Source of the DNA: a virus
Length of the DNA stretch: 57,089 bases
Direction: 5' to 3' (one strand)
Virus record (IMG/VR): IMGVR_UViG_3300025867_000001
Part shown: in pieces, positions 14,753 to 21,519 of the stretch
Position numbering within the stretch: the first letter of the stretch is position 1
Layout of the letters: every line of letters starts with the position of its first letter
The notes under the pieces: generated by a model
What the model was told of the DNA's origin: nothing
What the model saw: the letters and a program-made list of their open reading frames with translations, nothing else
Databases searched by the model: none
Program-made: the position numbers and the translations under genes

Positions 14753-14926
14753 TTAGAGCTTATGCGGATCTTTGTCCAGGCAGATTTGCAGGTTATCGGC
14801 CTTGATTGTGATTGTGATCTTCTCACCAGAATCCTGCGGAATATCAATGGTGGTTTCGAACTTATTTATTTTTCCGCATAGACCCGCATTTAAGAGAATA
14901 TTGGACACAATTTCGGTGAGCTTCAT
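14753..14926 (-). CDS. Small hypothetical protein (57 aa), below the ORF-track cutoff.
   Basis: AAAAGGAGAC lies 4 nt upstream of ATG 14926. Product: MKLTEIVSNILLNAGLCGKINKFETTIDIPQDSGEKITITIKADNLQICLDKDPHKL. Confidence 0.5.
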   Translation of the reverse strand: MKLTEIVSNILLNAGLCGKINKFETTIDIPQDSGEKITITIKADNLQICLDKDPHKL

Positions 14927-14946
14927 ATAGTCTCCTTTTAAAATAT

Positions 14947-14973
14947 AAAAGAGAGACCTTTTACGATCTCTCT
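14947..14973 (-). terminator. Rho-independent terminator.
   Basis: Minus strand: AGAGAGA-TCGTAAAAGG-TCTCTCT followed by TTTATATTTT. Confidence 0.6.
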
Positions 14974-14991
14974 TGTTCTCAGGTTGATTGA

Positions 14992-15276
14992 TTAAACTCG
15001 ACCTCTCAGGACGAATCCTAACGCTTTGGATGTTATGATGTCCAGCTTTTCGTGTTTCAGAATCAGTACGATACCCAGCAGATTCCCGGCGACAACTAAT
15101 ATCGTATCAGGACTTATGCTCCATGTTGGTTTCAACATTTCCGTATAAGCCTGATGACGCTTATTAAGCTCTCTCCATTCCTCATCCGAAATATCAGGAC
15201 GACTCATCCTCTCAAATACTGCATCACACTCCTCTTTAATTTTGGTTTTCGTGCTCTTATTAAATCTAAAGTTCAT
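14992..15276 (-). CDS. Small protein with a C-terminal TM segment.
   Basis: The track start 15294 lies inside the TATAATG box. ATG 15276 follows GGGAG. TM segment: ILVVAGNLLGIVLIL. Confidence 0.6.
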   Translation of the reverse strand: MNFRFNKSTKTKIKEECDAVFERMSRPDISDEEWRELNKRHQAYTEMLKPTWSISPDTILVVAGNLLGIVLILKHEKLDIITSKALGFVLRGRV

Positions 15277-15289
15277 CCTATCAACTCCC

Positions 15290-15318
15290 TTCATTATAGA
15301 GCAAGTATTATCTCCGAG
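15290..15318 (-). promoter_or_regulatory. Promoter-like motif, partial upstream match.
   Basis: Minus strand: CGGAGATAATACTTGCTCTATAATGAAGGG. Confidence 0.45.
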
Positions 15319-16039
15319 GATACACTTTTGAGGATATCACTAAGACTGGCGTACCATGCTCGTCCAATTGGCTCGAATAATCAAGCTCAATTAAGCCTCG
15401 GTCAATGTCCCATCCCATCTCATCTCCAAGAACTGTATTCGGGAGATCGAGGGCATAATATAAATCATTGAGACTGAGCCACATCTCCGAGAGAAGATCC
15501 CTATTAAGCTCGTTGACACTTTGCCGAATCTTTTCAATGTCCGATTTGAAATACCGTCCTGTCAAGGCATCAAGGCATAAGACATCTCCCTTTCCTGTAA
15601 ATATAACTTCGTGGTTTCCGACTGGATTAGCCAAAACCTTGTCCTTAGCAACTTCATCTCGTATTTGCCGATCCTTAGTCTTGCCAATTGTCTCAACGAC
15701 CTTGCCTTGGTACTCCCTGAAGGCTGCTTCGCTCAGAGAATATAAAGCGGCTAAGGCCGCATTGCGCTTGGTACTTATTGTATTAGCGCCTATAATACAG
15801 GCAATTGATGTAACGCCAACGATTCCTGCGGGAATATAACACTTCCATGTGAGCTTAATCTTCCCCAAGCCATTTAACTCTTCGCTATCCTCCAAAAGTT
15901 GGATGGCCCTAGGAGTGGCCTTTACCGCTAATATAGCTGTGGTGACCACACCAGCGCATCCAAGCCCTGTAAGGATTTGAGGACTGTTTTTAGAAATGAC
16001 ACCCCCGAGATTTTTTGCTATTTGTTTAATTGGAACCAT
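15308..16039 (-). CDS. Membrane-anchored hypothetical protein, paralog of 2637..3638.
   Basis: See 2637..3638. Shared TM segment and RNAALAALYSLSEAAFREYQGKVV core. Confidence 0.75.
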   Translation of the reverse strand: MVPIKQIAKNLGGVISKNSPQILTGLGCAGVVTTAILAVKATPRAIQLLEDSEELNGLGKIKLTWKCYIPAGIVGVTSIACIIGANTISTKRNAALAALYSLSEAAFREYQGKVVETIGKTKDRQIRDEVAKDKVLANPVGNHEVIFTGKGDVLCLDALTGRYFKSDIEKIRQSVNELNRDLLSEMWLSLNDLYYALDLPNTVLGDEMGWDIDRGLIELDYSSQLDEHGTPVLVISSKVYPRR

Positions 16040-16467
16040 TAAGAATTCCTCGATTCTGCATTGGTGGATGCTGCATATGCAGCATGAATCAAATCCTCTA
16101 GTTCTCTTTGTTCGAGGTACTGTTTTCTGAAGAGCTGTATTTTTGGGTCTAACGCAGGCTCGCTTTCTCGAACTATTGCGCTAAGGAGCAGCATATAGTT
16201 GATGGCATCGCCGAGCTTTTCGTTCCATACCGTTAATGGGTTGCTCTTGCCCGCACTTGCGTCTCTGCACATATCGTAAATACTCACAATATGCTTGAGC
16301 ATAAAAGATGCGCAGACTTCCTCCGGGCTTCTCTGACATAGTCCTGCGCCCGCATGAAAATTGTGTAATCTGTCTTCTGTTGCATACTCATCTCCTTTTT
16401 TGATTAGTGTGTCTTTACACCGCTGGATCTGGTCCTCCAAGACTTGATTAAATTCTGTTGCGTTCAT
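16039..16467 (-). CDS. MazG-like / DUF1599-like all-alpha nucleotide pyrophosphohydrolase family protein.
   Basis: ATG 16467 follows AAAGGAGGAG. Pattern: KKGDEYATEDRLHNF...KHIVSIYDM...GDAINYMLLL. Confidence 0.45.
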   Translation of the reverse strand: MNATEFNQVLEDQIQRCKDTLIKKGDEYATEDRLHNFHAGAGLCQRSPEEVCASFMLKHIVSIYDMCRDASAGKSNPLTVWNEKLGDAINYMLLLSAIVRESEPALDPKIQLFRKQYLEQRELEDLIHAAYAASTNAESRNS

Positions 16468-16508
16468 AATGCTCCTCCTTTTAAAATAAAAAGTAATGTT
16501 TTCATTGC

Positions 16509-16538
16509 TTCTCATTATAGTCCATGTTATTGCTGCGA
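16509..16538 (-). promoter_or_regulatory. Promoter-like motif, the best consensus copy.
   Basis: Minus strand: CTCGCAGCAATAACATGGACTATAATGAGAAG. 27 nt (16512-16538) are identical to 16706-16732. Confidence 0.6.
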
Positions 16539-16540
16539 GG

Positions 16541-16566
16541 ATAAAAAGAAACCACTCGGTTTCTTT
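16541..16566 (-). terminator. Rho-independent terminator.
   Basis: AGAAACC-(4 nt)-GGTTTCT hairpin flanked by A/T runs on both sides. Confidence 0.7.
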
Positions 16567-16574
16567 TTAATTCT

Positions 16575-16679
16575 TTATAAAAACATTAATATAGATTGCC
16601 AAATTATCATTCCTAATCCAATGCCCATTATAACACAAAACATGTAATAACACACCCAATCCCAATTAAATTTTTTCAT
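16575..16679 (-). CDS. 34-aa hydrophobic peptide.
   Basis: TAGGAGGA lies 9 nt upstream of ATG 16679. Product: MKKFNWDWVCYYMFCVIMGIGLGMIIWQSILMFL. It has its own promoter motif and terminator. Confidence 0.45.
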   Translation of the reverse strand: MKKFNWDWVCYYMFCVIMGIGLGMIIWQSILMFL

Positions 16680-16704
16680 TATTATTAATCCTCCTAAATA
16701 TCAT

Positions 16705-16732
16705 TTCATTATAGTCCATGTTATTGCTGCGA
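16705..16732 (-). promoter_or_regulatory. Promoter-like motif, the best consensus copy.
   Basis: Minus strand: TTCGCAGCAATAACATGGACTATAATGAAATG. Confidence 0.6.
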
Positions 16733-16756
16733 AAAAAGAATAGGCGCCGAAGCGCC
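16733..16756 (-). terminator. Rho-independent terminator.
   Basis: Minus strand: GGCGC-TTCG-GCGCC followed by TATTCTTTTTT. Confidence 0.65.
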
Positions 16757-16762
16757 AAGTCC

Positions 16763-17002
16763 TTATTCAAATATTACTGAAAAAGTTTCTGTAAACCAAT
16801 TACGAAATCTTTTGCTGCAAGCGCAAGCGATCGTCGCCGGAATAAGTATTACGAGCTTAAGTGGTATCAAAATGATCTCAAGCACTGTGAGGAATATCCA
16901 CCACCAGTGCTCTTGAATTTTTTCAATATGCCACATAAATCCCATAGCCATACCAATTCCAAAGCCAATGCACAGGGCCTTTACCGTTTTGATTATGTTC
17001 AT
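16763..17002 (-). CDS. Small multi-TM membrane protein (79 aa).
   Basis: Hydrophobic segments ALCIGFGIGMAMGFMW and WWIFLTVLEIILIPLKLVILIPATIACA. Confidence 0.65.
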   Translation of the reverse strand: MNIIKTVKALCIGFGIGMAMGFMWHIEKIQEHWWWIFLTVLEIILIPLKLVILIPATIACACSKRFRNWFTETFSVIFE

Positions 17003-17030
17003 GTTTTATCTCCTTTTCAAAATATAAATG

Positions 17031-17060
17031 TTCTCATTATAGGAGATGATAAAAATGCGA
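17031..17060 (-). promoter_or_regulatory. Promoter-like motif (phage consensus).
   Basis: Minus strand: TTCGCATTTTTATCATCTCCTATAATGAGAAC, directly after a terminator. Confidence 0.5.
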
Positions 17061-17088
17061 AAAAAGAGACGCCCTGTTAAGAGCGTCT
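17061..17088 (-). terminator. Rho-independent terminator closing the structural and lysis block.
   Basis: Minus strand: AGACGC-(10 nt)-GCGTCT followed by CTTTTTT. Confidence 0.65.
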
Positions 17089-17094
17089 ATTGTT

Positions 17095-17805
17095 TTAAGC
17101 ATCGATGATACCTATTGTATTGATACGGCGGTTTTCCGATGTCTTAAGTATTGGGGCCCCCACAGTCGAAATATAAGAACCGCCGCCGTCAAGACCTATA
17201 AGATTGTCAAGTTTTAAAGTCTTTAAAGCGTTAAAGACTTCTGAGGTTTTAAGGAGATTACTTGTATTCGATTTACCAGAAATCAAATACAGCGTCTGAC
17301 CTTTTCCGCCAATCATGTTGCGATAGGCGGATCTGAGAATATCATCATACCAGCCTTGTGGCTTAAATGTATTGGTGTACGAGACATCTTCGCCTTTTCG
17401 GATTATCGGGTATCCTGAGATCGCATACTTGCAGTCAGGAGGCAGAACCAAGAGTTCATAAAATGAAGCCAACCCGAGTTCGCTGATGACCAGCGTCGTA
17501 ATGGCTTTGTTTTTGAATTGAGTACTTCCATTTTGATTGACTGTCAGACGGACTTTTCCCTTGTCTACTGAGCCGCCCCAGGACACAACATCCTGCTTCT
17601 GCTGGAGGCCAATAGTCCCACTATCCACACAGACATTCCCGCCGGGAAGCGTGTATTTGGTTCCCCCAGCACTGTAGTTACCGAAGAAACCAAGGTTAAA
17701 GGCGTTCTTCGGCGAACCGTTCTTCGGCTTATCCCACCAAAGAAGTCTGAGGTTTTTGGGATCAAATTCGGTGATACGGTATCCCGCATATGTATATGTC
17801 TTCAT
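17095..17805 (-). CDS. Phosphodiester-glycosidase (NAGPA/DUF2233)-like protein, possibly cell-wall active.
   Basis: True start is ATG 17805 after AAAAGGAGA; the 312-aa track ORF is an upstream extension. C-terminal LIGLDGGGSYIS pattern gives moderate family recognition. Confidence 0.4.
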   Translation of the reverse strand: MKTYTYAGYRITEFDPKNLRLLWWDKPKNGSPKNAFNLGFFGNYSAGGTKYTLPGGNVCVDSGTIGLQQKQDVVSWGGSVDKGKVRLTVNQNGSTQFKNKAITTLVISELGLASFYELLVLPPDCKYAISGYPIIRKGEDVSYTNTFKPQGWYDDILRSAYRNMIGGKGQTLYLISGKSNTSNLLKTSEVFNALKTLKLDNLIGLDGGGSYISTVGAPILKTSENRRINTIGIIDA

Positions 17806-17818
17806 ATCATTCTCCTTT

Positions 17819-18139
17819 TCATCGGTCGATGACCTTTGCATTGAGTTGCAGGTGCGCTTTGACTTCGCCGTCTTGCTCGACGTGCGTGTAGCGGGGAAAG
17901 CTCGCGAGGGTGCCGAGGTGGATGCGTTCGGCTTCACCGCGTCGGCATAGGCGAACATTTCCGTTATTGTCATGTCCGAATATAGCTGTCTTTGTCTGAC
18001 CTGCCCAATCTGGCGAAAATATAAATTGGGCATACAGATAATTCTTGCTATCTTCTACAACTTCGGGTATGCCAGCACATTTAATTATTTGATTTCTCAA
18101 ATAAAATGTTAAAACCATGGTATGTGATAGCGGTATCAT
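17819..18139 (-). CDS. Hypothetical protein in the tail-fibre-associated region.
   Basis: Strong GAGGAGGTGG RBS before ATG 18139. 106 aa. Confidence 0.65.
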   Translation of the reverse strand: MIPLSHTMVLTFYLRNQIIKCAGIPEVVEDSKNYLYAQFIFSPDWAGQTKTAIFGHDNNGNVRLCRRGEAERIHLGTLASFPRYTHVEQDGEVKAHLQLNAKVIDR

Positions 18140-18158
18140 TGGTCCACCTCCTCGATTG

Positions 18159-18290
18159 TTAGGAGTATATCTCTCCTGTGATGAGCTCGTATTCTTCGGC
18201 CGTGATTACTTTTTTCTTCACTGCCATTTTGACCATTGCTTTTGTCCAAAGACCACGGTCATAATTACGCTTGATCATTTCGAAGTTCAT
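18159..18290 (-). CDS. xkdX: XkdX-family small phage protein (43 aa), below the ORF-track cutoff.
   Basis: Product: MNFEMIKRNYDRGLWTKAMVKMAVKKKVITAEEYELITGEIYS, with the XkdX hallmark W...V...V.K..IT.EEY..ITG. Confidence 0.7.
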   Translation of the reverse strand: MNFEMIKRNYDRGLWTKAMVKMAVKKKVITAEEYELITGEIYS

Positions 18291-18293
18291 TGA

Positions 18294-18641
18294 TTATTCC
18301 TCCTCCTCGTCATCGGGCAAACTTGCCAGAGTCTGGAACTCCAGCATTGCTGCTATGCGCTCATTGGCTGACGGCGTTTCCTCAGGGGCCGGCGCATTCA
18401 TTATAGCCTCAAGCTGTTCGATCTTTTCGGCATCCGATAGGGACTGAGACACACCATGAATTCCGCATAAAGCGGACAGCATCTGTATAGCGTATGAGAC
18501 TTCTCCGCCCTCATCAGTCAGCACGACATGCTTGACAGTCAGGGCAGCTGGGAACTTGCGTAGAACGTTTTCTGTAGTGTCTATCTCGCTATTAGGAGCG
18601 ATATAGACTTTATTGCCTGTATACAATTCAAGTTTATGCAT
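18294..18641 (-). CDS. Hypothetical protein with an acidic C-terminus.
   Basis: 115-aa ORF upstream of xkdX, in an XkdW-like position. Confidence 0.6.
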   Translation of the reverse strand: MHKLELYTGNKVYIAPNSEIDTTENVLRKFPAALTVKHVVLTDEGGEVSYAIQMLSALCGIHGVSQSLSDAEKIEQLEAIMNAPAPEETPSANERIAAMLEFQTLASLPDDEEEE

Positions 18642-18659
18642 TATTATGTCTCCTTTTAA

Positions 18660-19820
18660 TTAAAAGTAAGTGAATGCGTCGACAACAGCCGTATTGTTTC
18701 CGCCACCCAACAGAGCGTATTCTCTCGTACTATAGGGAACCCAAGTTGCCGCTAAGCCTGGTCGGAGCGAGGAACTAATTGCACTCGGGGTTAGCCGCTG
18801 TAATGATGAGTTGATGATTGTCACCGTGTTTAACAAATCACCAGCGAAAACGGCCTGGTACACTGCTGTTTCTCCTTCATATCCTCGGCAACTAGTTCCA
18901 ACAAGACCAGATTGGGCGGTTTCCAAACCAGTTGTCAAAATTGTTCGCTGCAAGGAGTCACTATACGCCTCAATCAAAGTCTTCTTTGAGGAGCCATCAT
19001 TTCCCCCAGCAAATAATGTATAACGTTTAGCATCTGTCGTATTTATAATATTGGCTGCAGCCGGTAAAGCCCTGCCGACTGACAAAGGAGTGGGCGTTGA
19101 TTTCTGCAAGGAATTATTATATGCCGTTACCTGTGTTGAAACCTCGCCACCGCTAAGATACCCACCAGCAAATATAGCATAGACCCCAACATTCCCTCCA
19201 GCAAAATCGGAAACCGCGGTTGTCAAAGCAGGAGTACCAAATCTCTGCATAGAGGCATTATATGAATCAACATCTGTTGAAGTAATACTACCGCTAAGAT
19301 ACCCTCCGGCAAATACTGCATAAGTATAGTTTCCTGTACACGCAGATGCCAGAGAATACCGAGGATTCCTTAAGGTAGCCGAAGACTTTTGGAGGGATGA
19401 AGAATAACCTTCAATGGTGTCATACACGGTCCAACCCCCTGATGCCGAACCCCCACCCGCAAACATGGCGTATCCAGAATTACCTTGACCCGAATGGTAC
19501 CGTTTATTCGTAGAAAGTGCGGTTGGGGTTCCTTTCTGCAGGGATCCATTATAACTCGTTACCTGTGTTGAGGTAGAACCTCCAGCAAATAAGCCATAAT
19601 CGCCTATACTAGCAGCCTCTGGAGTGGATGCCGCCGCATTTAGTGGATCCACTGTCTGGTAAAACTTAATACCCTTTGCCAGACTAAAAAAAGGTCGGGC
19701 TTTACCGGCAACGCCAATATAGCCATTGACAACTTTTCTGGCTTTGCCAGCAACACCAACGTTAATGGCCTTTATGGTTCTGGCTTTGCCCGATACACCA
19801 ATATAAGAATTTTGTGCCAT
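18660..19820 (-). CDS. Repeat (Kelch / beta-propeller-like) tail fibre or receptor-binding protein.
   Basis: About 6 repeats of Y..FAGG...(S/T)..V..Y(N/S)(S/G)SLQ(K/R), plus an N-terminal IGV(S/A)GKAR x3. Confidence 0.55.
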   Translation of the reverse strand: MAQNSYIGVSGKARTIKAINVGVAGKARKVVNGYIGVAGKARPFFSLAKGIKFYQTVDPLNAAASTPEAASIGDYGLFAGGSTSTQVTSYNGSLQKGTPTALSTNKRYHSGQGNSGYAMFAGGGSASGGWTVYDTIEGYSSSLQKSSATLRNPRYSLASACTGNYTYAVFAGGYLSGSITSTDVDSYNASMQRFGTPALTTAVSDFAGGNVGVYAIFAGGYLSGGEVSTQVTAYNNSLQKSTPTPLSVGRALPAAANIINTTDAKRYTLFAGGNDGSSKKTLIEAYSDSLQRTILTTGLETAQSGLVGTSCRGYEGETAVYQAVFAGDLLNTVTIINSSLQRLTPSAISSSLRPGLAATWVPYSTREYALLGGGNNTAVVDAFTYF

Positions 19821-19832
19821 TATATCTACCTC

Positions 19833-21500
19833 CTATTCGTATTGCAGGTAGATAACACCCGTAGTCAAATCGGTTGTACCAGCAGTCATGGCATCGGTTC
19901 CCGCATAAATATTGCGAGCACCTTGGACGGTAACTTCTTGGTTCGCAGCAATAATATTACCGGTCATCGTGCCACCGGCTAATGGCAACGCCGCCAATGC
20001 TTTGCTATAGGCATCTGGAGTTATCAGGGCCCATGTTGCACCAACATACTCTAAGAGAATCGTGGAAAGGGTCGGCCATATTAACGCATTAGAAGGCGCT
20101 GCGGACTGGTATTTGATTGCCTTTTCCCCAAGGGAGTTAATATTTAAGGTTGGTGACGTAGCACTATTGCCGTATAGGACCCTCAGCATTAGTAATGTGC
20201 CTGCAACTAAATTAGCGGAAGTAAAACCAGTTATAGTAACCGTCTTTGCAACTGTCGCAATTGACGTTTCACATATTCCATACCAAACATTTTGTATTGT
20301 TTTATTGTTGTCGACATACTGCTTGGTTGCAGCGCCAAGGCTGGCCGATGGGTCGGCGCTAAGGACAAGAGGTCCCGTCATCGTACCGCCAGCTTTATCA
20401 AGTTTACCATTGACTGTAGTTGCAAGGGCGTCCCAGCCAACCAAACTCATTGTCCCATTGGTTTCAACAAATATCTTACCGTTCGTTGTTCCGGCATCAC
20501 TCTTAACTAACCCAAGCGTGTTGGAATCGGCGATACCAACAGGATCATAGGTAACAATGTATCCGAAGGCGAATCCATTGGTTGTTTGGTTGACCGTACT
20601 GGTCCCCTTTATCCCGTTATAGATCCACCGGGTCGTGGCAGAAGAATGCCCTTCGTCATCCAATACAAAGCAAAAGTCTCCGACATTTACAGATGAAGGA
20701 ACGGTATAGGACTCCAGTGCAGCCTTGGTCCCGAACGATTGATTGATAAAACGCCCACCTTGCTGCTGCAAAGCTGTAACGTCAGACCGCAAATTTGTAA
20801 TCTCGTTATACGATTCGGGAGGCATAACACCCATCGCAATAGCCGAGGCAACAGGAAGGGTCTTAGTGAACTGAGTTGTCTGCTGGGTGCTGGCATTATA
20901 CCGACTTATAGTCAGTAATACCTTTACAGCATCTTGAGAATATACCCAGTCGACGATCAACTGAGCCAATTCGGATCTATTAGGTTTAGCATTATCAAGT
21001 GACGTTTCGGCATTCTGAGCCCTAGTTTTCTCGGTGCTTTCTGCCGCAGTAGCTCTGGCAATTTCGTCAGCCAATCCTTTGACCAGTCCACTAGATGCAC
21101 CACCAACTGTCGTTTCTAAATCGTCAATTGAGTCGCCGTACTCCGAAATATCATCTTCCATACTATTGGTGAGATCGATGTTGTCAGAGACATTCTGTTG
21201 AACGGCCAATAAATCAGCCGCGGTAAAGACACGAGCGCATTGCGTTCCAGCGACCCAAGCTATAGCTCCCGATTGCCGGGTGATAGTTAACACGTTTGTT
21301 GTAGAATTTACATTGGTTACAATTACTGTTTCTGTAACTGTTTTATCAATACCCAGGGTTAGAGGAAATGGAACGACCGATGGCAAAGATAATGTGCTTG
21401 CCACCGTCATTACCGTATCTGTCCCCGAAATATTACCCGATAAGAATGTTACCGGAGAATCTTTCTGTGGAGGATACATGGTTCTTTTCGTTATCGGCAT
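19833..21500 (-). CDS. Tail fibre protein.
   Basis: 555 aa, with a coiled-coil segment then a Gly/Thr/Asn-rich beta-type C-terminal part. It sits between Tal and the propeller protein. Confidence 0.55.
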   Translation of the reverse strand: MPITKRTMYPPQKDSPVTFLSGNISGTDTVMTVASTLSLPSVVPFPLTLGIDKTVTETVIVTNVNSTTNVLTITRQSGAIAWVAGTQCARVFTAADLLAVQQNVSDNIDLTNSMEDDISEYGDSIDDLETTVGGASSGLVKGLADEIARATAAESTEKTRAQNAETSLDNAKPNRSELAQLIVDWVYSQDAVKVLLTISRYNASTQQTTQFTKTLPVASAIAMGVMPPESYNEITNLRSDVTALQQQGGRFINQSFGTKAALESYTVPSSVNVGDFCFVLDDEGHSSATTRWIYNGIKGTSTVNQTTNGFAFGYIVTYDPVGIADSNTLGLVKSDAGTTNGKIFVETNGTMSLVGWDALATTVNGKLDKAGGTMTGPLVLSADPSASLGAATKQYVDNNKTIQNVWYGICETSIATVAKTVTITGFTSANLVAGTLLMLRVLYGNSATSPTLNINSLGEKAIKYQSAAPSNALIWPTLSTILLEYVGATWALITPDAYSKALAALPLAGGTMTGNIIAANQEVTVQGARNIYAGTDAMTAGTTDLTTGVIYLQYE

Positions 21501-21519
21501 ATATAATCTCCTTTACGTA

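Noticed and set aside
17806-18033. N-terminal 76-aa extension of the 312-aa track ORF 17095..18033.
   Set aside because: The extension overlaps the well-initiated gene 17819..18139 in another frame and has odd composition. A strong AAAAGGAGA-ATG start exists at 17805.
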